Of a stretch of 64,000 nt of DNA, positions 14,527 through 24,770 are shown one piece after another (within the stretch, counting starts at the first letter, position 1; each line of letters starts with the position of its first letter). Source of the DNA: Lama guanicoe (Eukaryota); contig MU054187.1 in the NCBI GenBank assembly GCA_013239625.1, forward strand, positions 5,157,757-5,221,756, read 5' to 3'. The translations under genes and the position numbers were made by a program. Below the pieces are notes generated by a model. It was not told the DNA's origin, searched no databases, and saw only the letters and a program-made list of their open reading frames with translations.

Positions 14527-14558
<32 letters not shown>
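14527..14558 (+). repeat. (TG)16 microsatellite at the CpG-island edge
   Basis: Perfect TG repeat. Confidence 0.98.
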
Positions 14559-14562
<4 letters not shown>

Positions 14563-15894
14563 CGGATTGACCAAGACTCACAGTTGGGAGTCGGCTGCGT
14601 GAAAGGGGGCCCGGGGGCTGAGGATGCACCGCGCTAAAGACCTCTGTATCACGTAAAAAAACTGTTCGGTGATGATTCGCCACCAGGCAAGTGTTACGAG
14701 TCCCAACGACTTATCCAGTGGAATTCACCCAGGGGCCGACGTGAAATTGCTTCCAGGGGTTGGGAGTATCACGCAGGTTGACCACCGAGCGGGAGCTGGG
14801 CGTCTAAACCGCTCGCCCCACGTCTCAGAGAACTCAATTCTCCCCGCCACGTTCAGCTGGCGGGACGGCTTAGGCACGTCCAAAAAGCCCGAGGCGAGGA
14901 CAGCCGTAGCCCTGCGGCTGCTCTCGGAGTCCGGTCCCCGCGCGTCCTCCCTCCGGGGACAGAGAGTTCGAGAAACCCCGAGAGCAACCCCCTCCCTAAG
15001 AACCCCCTGACTGTCCCATCCTTGAGACGAGCCGATCTCCGCGGTTGTCCCGGTCACCCTCGCTGTCTGCCTCTCCCGGGGTCCCCGAGGCCTCGGTCCC
15101 CGGGGTCCCCGGGCTGTGAGTACAGCACGGCCTGGGACCTGCTCCAGCCCGCGCCGAGCGCGGCAGCTTTGGACGTGACCGCGACGCGCTCGCCCGGCTC
15201 CTAACAAACTTGCCATTTCTGCACGCGCCCCTAGGCGGGAGCTGTCCCCCCGACCCCGCTGCCCCGCGGCACCTGGGCCGGCGACTGGCGCTGGGACGCG
15301 GGGCTCCGCCGCCGGAACCGGCTGGGAAAAACAAAAGAGTTGCGGGGCGATGTTCCCGGCGCGGGGAGGGGCGGGGGGGGCGGAGACATCTCCCGGGTCC
15401 CCGCACCCCGACTCCCGGCGGCTCCCCTGGCAACTAGTCCCGAGCCGGGAAGCGGAGCCCCTGCTGTCCGGGAGAGGAGGGAGGGAGCGAGGAAGAAGGA
15501 GAAACTAGAAAATAAACGGAATTCTTTCACTCTCTGCCTCCGTTCCCGGACCCCAGACACACCCCCAAAGTATTCCGTGGTTTTCTCTTTTAATTTTTTT
15601 TAAACGCCCCCCGGCCAGCCTAGGCAGGGATCCTGAGTGGCAAACAGCGGGAAGGAAAGAATCGAGCAAATCGTGTCACTTTACGCACAATCGCGGTGTC
15701 GGGCAAAGCCCGGGAGCTGCTTGCTCCACGGTACTGACTCCCCGAGCGCACGCGGGGCTGCCGCGGGTTGCGAGCCGAGCGCCTCCGAGACCGGCCTCCG
15801 GCAACCGCCCGGCCGCCCCGCGGGCCCGCCGCCGCCGCCCCCCTCCCGGGACCAAGCAGCCAGAACACGGCGGAAACAAAAGCAGAGCGTTCAC

Positions 15895-15996
15895 CTTGTT
15901 GCAATAGTAGGGGTCCAGGCAGGGAGAAGGTCCCAGACAGGGAGCGTCGGGCGCAGCGGCGGGCTGGGCTGGAGGTGGATAAAATCTTACGTCCAT
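15895..15996 (-). CDS. TOX: TOX coding exon 1 (first 34 codons); the rest of the gene lies left of the window
   Basis: Minus-strand translation MDVRFYPPPAQPAAAPDAPCLGPSPCLDPYYCNK matches the mammalian TOX N-terminus as I recall it. ATG at 15996-15994 has a strong Kozak context (gaaATGG). The 102-nt exon ends phase 0 at donor AAG|GTGAAC (GT at 15894-15893) and lies in a CpG island. Confidence 0.97.
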
Positions 15997-16188
15997 TTCA
16001 CTCTCACATCAAGCAACTCCTTTTCTTTGCCTCTTTTTTTTTTTCAAAAAAGTGTTCAGCCAAACAAGCTTAGACAGAACGGAGAGAGGTGTCTGGACTC
16101 AGGAGTAAAAGAAACACCTTCCTTCCCTCACATCCGTTTGTGGTTTGTTTAGGAAGAAGAGGAGAAAAAAAAAAAAGAAAAAAAAAAG
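15997..16188 (-). other. TOX: Visible part of the TOX 5' leader (5' UTR / TSS region), cut off by the assembly gap
   Basis: Directly upstream of the TOX ATG, with A-rich and U-rich tracts in the mRNA sense. The TSS cannot be placed from sequence. Confidence 0.75.
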
Positions 16189-16795
16189 NNNNNNNNNNNN
16201 NNNNNNNNNNNNNNNNNNNNNNNNNNNNNNNNNNNNNNNNNNNNNNNNNNNNNNNNNNNNNNNNNNNNNNNNNNNNNNNNNNNNNNNNNNNNNNNNNNNN
16301 NNNNNNNNNNNNNNNNNNNNNNNNNNNNNNNNNNNNNNNNNNNNNNNNNNNNNNNNNNNNNNNNNNNNNNNNNNNNNNNNNNNNNNNNNNNNNNNNNNNN
16401 NNNNNNNNNNNNNNNNNNNNNNNNNNNNNNNNNNNNNNNNNNNNNNNNNNNNNNNNNNNNNNNNNNNNNNNNNNNNNNNNNNNNNNNNNNNNNNNNNNNN
16501 NNNNNNNNNNNNNNNNNNNNNNNNNNNNNNNNNNNNNNNNNNNNNNNNNNNNNNNNNNNNNNNNNNNNNNNNNNNNNNNNNNNNNNNNNNNNNNNNNNNN
16601 NNNNNNNNNNNNNNNNNNNNNNNNNNNNNNNNNNNNNNNNNNNNNNNNNNNNNNNNNNNNNNNNNNNNNNNNNNNNNNNNNNNNNNNNNNNNNNNNNNNN
16701 NNNNNNNNNNNNNNNNNNNNNNNNNNNNNNNNNNNNNNNNNNNNNNNNNNNNNNNNNNNNNNNNNNNNNNNNNNNNNNNNNNNNNNNNNNNNNNN
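16189..16795. other. Assembly gap (607 N)
   Basis: Run of N between an A-rich tract and GC-rich sequence. Confidence 1.
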
Positions 16796-18544
16796 GCGGC
16801 CGGCCCCACCCGGCTGTCCGCTCCCCCATCCCTCTTCCCACTCCCTGGTGGACGTGACTGTTCCAGGCGGCTCCGCGCTGGAACCGCAGGGAGCGCCACA
16901 GGGAGCGCCAACCCGCGCTGTGAGGGGGCTACTGTCCCAAGGATGCAAACCGACCGCAGGGTGTGGATGGGCCGTAAGAGCCTCCCCTCTCCGGTTGCTC
17001 GCTCCCGCCCCCAGCCCTCACCTCCCCGCGATCTCGGTCCCACTGGAGAGTTTGCGACGGCTAAGTCGGCCTCGAGGACTCGCAGAAGACCACGGGGGTA
17101 GTTCAAAGGGGAAATAGGAAAACAGTTGTCAGCACACAAGATCGGGCTACAGGGAAAACGTGGGCTCGCTAGTTGCCTATTACGGGATTCTTGTCTTTTT
17201 ATACTGGGAAGCCAAGTAATGCTCTTGGAAGTCCACGAAAGGCCTGGAGTCAGCCTCCCCATTTCTCTGGTCGGTAAGTGGGTTGAGGAAATCCCAGTCC
17301 TGTTGTCTCGCCTCACCTCCCAAACACTGAAGCTTGCAACTTCGCGTCTCCTGGTGGTTGGAAAGTTTGGCGCCTCTTGGCTGCTGCCCAACAGATTCAC
17401 CGCCAGGTCTTTGTCCTTGGTGGAAACTCCAAGCAGGAGTGGGCGACAGTTCCCTTCCCAGGAGGGAGCAGCCCCGCACACTGGGCCCAAGACCCCGCAA
17501 AGGAGCCTGCAGGTATTCCCCTGTTCCACTTGTTTCTGGCGCCACGAAGGATACTGGTAACATTTCACCACCTCCACAACCTTCTAGTGCAAGTCGATCG
17601 CCACCTGCTCTGTGTAACTTTCGCACAGTTATGTTGCTTCCTCTGTGACTGAGAGCATCAGTCATGTACAAGCAGACAGATCGGAAAGGAAACCCATGAG
17701 GACAGTATAAGGAATGATAAAATTAACATCCTTGGGCGTCTGTCCATGGCTCCTTTAGGAACCTTTAGTTAAGCATTGCTTTATGCTTCTTACATCCTTT
17801 TTCTCTTAAGCCATTGTTTCTTTTCTTCACCTCATCATTTTTATAAGTAGCAAGAATCCAACTTCCTCCCTCGCTCCAGATTAACGTCGTGCTGACTGGT
17901 GTAGGGAGAGAGACTGGATTCAGAAGAACATCCATATTTACGGGTCCTGCAAGGCACAATATAAAAGTAGGAAGTAGAAAATAAGTTCTTCTCTTAATAA
18001 AGGTCTTTATAATAAAATTTAAGCAAGGTTTTGTGGTTTGTAACATCAGTGTTCAAAGTTTCAGTTGTAGATGCTAAAATGTGCTTATGTGTATTTTTTT
18101 TTCTTCCACGACAAAAAAAAAACCACAAAAAACAAAAGTTTAGGTTTAAATGAAACATTTCTATGATTAAATTTCTGTCATCACTCCAGCATTTATTACC
18201 GACATATTACATCTCTTCAAAATTCGATTTTCAAAAACTTCCTTAGAATCCATAATTGATTTCTACTTGATGGTCCTGTGAACATCAGGAAGATGAAATG
18301 GATCAGAGTGGGAACAATCCTGTTATCAACATCTTAACACGTGAGGGAGATAATGACATTTCCACTTCGCTCCACAGACTTACCACTTTCCTCTGTCTTG
18401 AGGGAAAATCCAGGTGCAATGTGTAGAGTCAATTATATTTGTGTGTGGCATGGTGTGATGGGGATGTGGGCTTTTGCTAAGAAAAGCTCCTTGCTCCAGT
18501 CACTCATACATGCAGAGTAGACCATGAAGGTCAGTGGGAACGGA

Positions 18545-18812
18545 AATGGAGTTAATGATCAGTCGTGCCTATGTGATTAAGTCTGCACAGAAATCCCAAA
18601 GTGTAGGGTTCAGAGAAATTCCAGGTTGATGAAGAGTGGAGGTGCTGGGAGAGTGGGGGGCCCAGAGAGGGAGCTCTTCCTTCCGCAAAGCTTGCCCTGT
18701 GCATCTCTTCCATCTGTGTCCTTTTATTCCACCCCTTTATAATTAACTGGTCAACAGGAAGTGAACTGTTCTCCTGAGTTCTGTGAGCTGCTGCAGCAAA
18801 TTAATCAAAAAA
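18545..18812 (+). mobile_element. MER21-like LTR internal fragment
   Basis: gtgcctatgtgat...agggttcagaga...tggaggtgctggga...gccctgtgcatctcttccatctg...cctgagttctgtgagctgctgcagcaaattaatc resembles the MER21 body. Both LTR termini are missing. Confidence 0.75.
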
Positions 18813-19221
18813 TCTCAACTCCCATCACTCATACATGAAGAGTAAACCATGAGGGTCATCTCAGTGTAATCAGAAAGAGTACTCCCTAACGCTCCACCCA
18901 AGGCCTGTCGTGTACCGAATGAGTGTACTTCTACCAAGAAAATCTTGGGGAAATTTGAATAGCTAAACCTCTAAATAAATCTTACTAATTTGGAAGATAA
19001 AGTAGCAGAGAGTCATTATATTACTTTTCAATTTCTGGGACATTTGACTCTGCCATAGCTAAGTGTATTCATTCATTTGTCCATTTCATTCATACATCTG
19101 TACATGATTCAACAAAGCCACAGAGCTGAGAAAAGCACTATGTTGTATGTTGTGTGTAGCTTGACATATAAAAACAAATTACTTCAAACAGTTTCTTTCG
19201 ATGAGTTCAGAATCTTCTCCA

Positions 19222-19397
19222 GCAGTATTTCCAACCTTGTTTGGTCGGGGAGTCACCTTAGAAGCTTTGAAAAATACTTGTGCCTGGGGTCTTCCTGCAC
19301 AGAATCCAATTCGGTTCATTTAGGGTAGGGTTTGGACACAGGACTTTTTAAAAGCTCTTCAGTGGTTTTAACTTTCAGGAAAGATTGAGAGCAATTG
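19222..19397. mobile_element. MER5A-like hAT-Charlie MITE
   Basis: ~175 bp with imperfect inverted ends (cagtatttccaac...ttgagagcaattg) and a typical MER5 body. Confidence 0.7.
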
Positions 19398-22300
19398 GTC
19401 TCAAAGGAAAGAGAAGACGGGCAGAGAAGGAATGTTAAAAGCACGAAATTTTAGTACATAAGTTTCACTGGCTGCATTTTCCTTGGGTTTGAAACTCACA
19501 AGGGGACACTGAGGACCACTCCCAGGATACCATCCCTATCCTTTTAGACACTGAGGTGACAGTTTACTCAGTTACTCTAATTAAACATGAACGAATTATC
19601 ATATAGGTCCAAATTACCATCTGGTCATCTGAACTAGGAACTTTATATACTCTCATTACCAGAAAATGTGTGTCTATGAACAAAACATCTCCTTACTAGA
19701 TTGATGTCATAATATGGAGAGCTACAGTTCATGAAATGACTACTCTGTACTAGATCTGGCCCTAATTTCTTTACATTTAATTTCACTGTCTCAATTAGTT
19801 TTACAAATTACGTTGGAAACCCTAACCAGTAATTACAAACCACACTTAGTGTTTGATTTTTTTCCGTGAACATCACCCATCTTCACGTTAATTATGGTTT
19901 CAGAAATTGCAGTTTTCAAATTTGCAGTTGGTTTCATTGACCACATTTTCTATTTACTGATTCTTTGTGCTAGGTAGGTAAGTCCCAAATCTAATAGTAA
20001 GGTCTCCAAATTACATACAGAATGTGTCACTTTAGGGAAAACATCGCCGAGACAGTCCTTTCTATGATTTGTGAGAGTCTAATAAAAATCATTCAGCAAA
20101 AAAGTGGCACTTCCTCAGGGAAGTTTTCTGTTAGGTTTTGGAGTTAGGCTGTCTCTAAGGGCAGAATCCCGCTATGTATGGACTATGAAAATAAAACATC
20201 TTGTGGGGATTTATTTTGAAGCACCAAATAGTAAAACTAAAATCAAAGTAGCCATATTTTATAACTAAATTAATATTCAGTCTTTCACTGGCGTCTTAAT
20301 TAAGGGTGAGGTTTCCAGTAAAGCTGATGTCTCCATCTCTCCAGTAGAAGAAAAGCCTCATTCTTTTTTAAATACCATCCATTCGGACCTCACGTGGGCC
20401 ACCTTACATTTTAAGGCATCCTGTGACGCACATTTTTAGAGGCTGACTTTCCTAACAAGTTTATGGGGTGAAGTAGCTGTGTTTGTTTCCTTAGAAGCCG
20501 AGGAAAGTCCTACAACCCTGAGTCCTCCATGGTCTAAAGGTTGAAAACACATCGTGAGTGGTTTGGCTGGGAAATGGTTTCATTTTCTCAGCTTGCCATT
20601 GAGAATCTACGTTGTCCAGAGTTACTCAGTATTTGACTAAAGTCATTTAAATGTAGACTGCAGCGGCATGCAGTACATAACGTAACACCACGGCAGAACA
20701 CAGAGTGCACCGAGGTTTATTTCCTGGGGAGACTCGTGAGAAATGACTGGATTGTAAGTCTTTCAACCAGAAAATAAAGGATTTCAGAATGATGAGGAAA
20801 GTTTGAAGGAAAATGATATAGGGCCCACAGATACCTCACATGGTACTAAATGACTCATAAAATGCAGCAGTTTTTACATAATATGGGACATGGGCCGCGC
20901 TTGTACATCTTACCGTGGGGGGGTACCGTACTTTGATCTTCCACAATACACAACATTTGTGGCATAATAGCTGTAATAGGACTATTCAGCTGCTTTACAC
21001 GGCAATAATCCAGCCCTCTCTCATCAGGATAAACTGTGAGGACAAATCCTTTCAAAATCAGAATTAGTTCCTCGTAGAAGAGGGAGGCTACAATTATCCC
21101 TTAAATAGGAGCAGCTGCAACATGGTAGCGGCCCGGAGCGCGGCAGTGAAGTGTTTTTCCAATGCAATTAAATGGATTTTTTTTTAATGCAAACTAATGT
21201 TCTCTAAAAAGTCAACTATCAGGTGAGTAGGTGTGGAATGGCTGAGATGAAAGGAGCAACCATTTTGCTTACGTGAGTTAATATTGCTGCCTTAGTGACT
21301 GATATTTTGGTGAAAATGGGTAATCAGGGCACATCCTCTCCCGTGAAGTGGGCCCAAAGGGGAACCAGAGTGGTACAAAGGAAAGATGATTCTGGGTCCC
21401 TCGTACCCTCTATGTCTTATTCTGAAATGTGTTCATGGTTATGTTTTGTCATTGTTGCTGTTCAAAAAGATATGATGACTCAACAGCGACACTTCCATTT
21501 AAACAAGAAAGGTATCACTTGGGTGGATAATTGTAAAAACTTTTAGGACTTACACTAGTCGGTGCTACCGCCACAGAGACACAAAGGGAAAAGGGCACTT
21601 CATTTTTATACCATAAAGATGATTAAAGGTTTGGAAAATAAGACCTCTAAGAAAGATGAAAGGACTGGAGAGGCCAACACTGAGAGGCAACGCCACTTCT
21701 TCAAATCGTGTGTCTCAAGTGTTCTTTCACAAACAACCAGAGGATGCCTCCCCCTGAAGATACGACACGAGGAATTAGATGTAATTCTAGAGCAGAGGAT
21801 TTAGCCACATGTGAAAGGAATTTCCCCCGTGATCATGAATTCATTGATTGCCAAAGGAGAACGTGGGCACTCCTTAGGACTGATTCAAAAATCCTGGCAC
21901 CCAATGAATGCTTGTCAACTCACCCAAATATCCACCGACATGCCTCCTTGTCTTGAAATATGCCTTCCCTATAAAAAGATCCAGTGGGCAGCGGGTTTGA
22001 ACTTCAGCTCTGATTATCTAACGGGTTTCCGTGCTCATACATTTTGGATAGGAGAAAGCAAACTTCATCCAGACAACGAACCCCGATGTCTCTTGTAGCT
22101 CTTTGAAATCTGAAAAAATAAAAGATTTCTTTTGCACTAGTTCTCATTCTTATTTTCAAGGACATTGGTTAAAAAGAAAAATAGGAAAATCTAATTTTGT
22201 AGGCAAAATTTAAGATAGGACATAAAATTAGGAATTTAAATATTGGATATATTTTTAGAATGTTACTTTTGTAAAAAGAAACTCTCACATGATAGAGATG

Positions 22301-24319
22301 GCCTTTCTGGATGATCTCAGAGCCAAAGATGAAAGAAAAGGAACCCTGCTGCTTTACTATAGTGACTTTTAATTCACTAATTCAAAAATCACACATTTTC
22401 AAGGCAACAAGAGACTCTTCGGCTCCCATTCAGGCTGACAGTTGCTGCTGAATTTCCACTCCTCCCGTGAAATCTTCCAGGGTTGATTAGGTAAGAGACC
22501 CTTTACCCTCAACCTGCCTGGTTTCCACATGTTGTTCCTGATCTGCGCCCTGATTAAGTACTCACTGCTTCCTTCCACTATAAATCTACTTACACTTGAC
22601 CTTTACATAATGCAATTACCTGTCTATCCATGTGTGGCTTCATTGTTTCCATGTTGCTCCTAATGGCGTTCTGTCTGTATGAACGTGCTTGATGCTGAAT
22701 ATAAGCTCCTGGAGGGAAGGGACAGAATCTCTTTAAGTGGGACTGATGGTCCTCATATATCAATTCCCTAAAAAGTGCTCTTTGCAAGAAGACAACGTAA
22801 CAGCATATTTTCCCCTGGTCTCAGAAAGACTTAATTTAGGAAAATTGGTAAAGATTCAGGGTGTCATAACATGTAAACACTTCCACTTTATTGGGAGGAG
22901 TTACAATAGCATACTGTCTACATTGTCTCATCTGCATGACATTTGAATATTACTTTTAATTGAGGAAACCATTATTAAGGTCCCTCTATACATGGGGTGC
23001 TCTGTGGAACAGCATGTTAATTGTTGGGACCCCCCCAATTCCCCCACCTCCTTGACTAGGTTACCTATTTACATTTCCTGGGCGTCCTCTGCAAGCACGG
23101 ATAACCTCTAGAATGGACATAAGCCAGAGAACGAAGGAGAAAACAGTGTGTCAGCAGAGAGGAGAGCAGGGACAGCGTCAAAGAGGCTTTCCAGACAAAG
23201 AGAAGTTTGGGAACAACCAGAACAAGCACCTGGGCGTTTGCCGCGGTTTCTAAGGTGCCTGGGTCAGGGCAGGGCTGGGACGGAGGGATGGGAGTCATGG
23301 AGAGGAAATGAGATCCCGGAAACTTTGTCTAAGAGCTGGAACTTTATCTCGAAGAGAATGAGAATTCTTGAAGGGCTTTTGTAAAGGAACTTTGATAAAC
23401 TTGCATTATACTATTTTACGGACAATGGGCTTTTCATGTATTATGTCCATTACAGTAAGGGTCCCATAAGCAATTGTAGGAGTTTGTTACTAAAGGAGTA
23501 ACCAGGTACTCCTTATTCTGAGGTCTTGTTAATCTGTCGTCTTAGTAGTTGTGGTTTATGAATCTACGTGGAAAATATTAACCTGTGCAGTGTGGCCCTC
23601 TGTGATCTACCTGTCTCTCCAGCCTCATCTTCTCCTGAACTTGCACCCAAACCTGGAATCATAAATTACAGCAGATCCCAAACCGCTTAGACAGGACTAC
23701 GGCCCATTAATCTCATTTTCTTCTGTTCCCAATCATCTTTGGACTTCTAACATCTGGTCTTGAAATGAGCACAAGAGGCTAGTTTTGAAAAGGCAAGCTT
23801 TTTTGTTTGGTTGGTTTTTGTTTTCTGATTTCGATGTGATGAGCTCCTACTAGGTGTCATTTGGGAAGTGTGTCATGTATTTTATGGTGAATGCAGGAAT
23901 TTAAAAAAAGATTTAGCTGCTTCCTTAGCAATGGCTTATCTCTCCTTCAGAGAAAAGCAGAATGAGTTTTTTAATAAAATGATTGAAAACATACACTGAA
24001 TCTTCAATTTAATTATTTCAATTCCTGCATAAAAAAAAAAAGGTTTTCAGAGAGGCTGCTGCTTGGTAAAATGTGATAAAGTTCCAACATATACTTAAAA
24101 ATTGTAAATTAATTTATAAATTTCCATTCAGAGTTTAATATGCTGTTTTCACACAAGAAAACTCATAAGGTTGCTTCCCATTGATGTACTATCTTTGCAT
24201 CTAGAATTTAAGCCAGTATTTAATCTCTTTCTAGAAGCTTCCAGAGGTGCTTGGTACGTATCAGTGAATGTTGCCGATTTTTATTGCTCTTGGAGTTAAG
24301 TAAGAATGCCACACCTATC

Positions 24320-24770
24320 ATTCCAGACCCTGGCTTCTATTTCTAGTCTTATTTCTCTCAATGTTTGTGTTTCTACCAGAGCAAATCATTTCACATCGTC
24401 TTTTAACATGCCCTGGCCTTTTCTGGCCTCTGTGTGTTTGTTCCTAAGCGGTGCCCTGCCCTGTCTTCCACTTTCTCCCATCAACCCATCACCACTACCC
24501 TCTTGCTTCTGTTCTTAACTGCCTTCCTGGTCCTTCCACCTGGAGCTGTGCTCCCCCCACAACCCCGCTCTCATTCCCAGAGCAATGACTGGTGATTCCT
24601 TCATGGGATCATATTTCACCTGTGTGACCGCTCTATGTATGTTATCTGATCTCCCTTCTGAAGAAGTTTTTGGGGCAGTATCACCACGTCCTGTTCATCT
24701 CTGAGATCCCTGCAATGCCAAGCACAACTTCTGGAACATAACAAGGACTTGTCTCGTTGAGTTGAGTTCA
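24320..24770 (+). mobile_element. LINE-2 3' fragment
   Basis: Pyrimidine-rich degenerate L2 3' region ending ttcatctctgagatccc...caagcacaacttctggaacata. Confidence 0.6.

Larger units (their letters stand above)
1..15894 (-). other. TOX: TOX intron 1 (promoter-proximal part; continues beyond the window start)
   Basis: Follows the exon 1 donor. No ORF in the track continues TOX (expected FDGENMYMSM...). TOX intron 1 is known to be very long. Confidence 0.9.
14590..17660. promoter_or_regulatory. TOX: CpG island / TOX promoter region (probably bidirectional)
   Basis: Abrupt rise in GC and CpG content against an AT-rich, CpG-poor background. GC box GGGGCGGGG at 15368-15376. Spans exon 1 and both sides of the gap. 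Confidence 0.92.

Noticed and set aside
14669..16152. Overlapping 75-171 aa Pro/Arg/Gly-rich ORFs on both strands
   Set aside because: Expected stop-codon depletion in a CpG island. No recognisable protein apart from the 34 TOX codons.
16070..17577. Long ORFs (230-492 aa) in the ORF track, including a K/R-rich NLS-like start
   Set aside because: They are open only because they cross 607 Ns. The poly-Lys and poly-Phe runs come from an A-rich tract.
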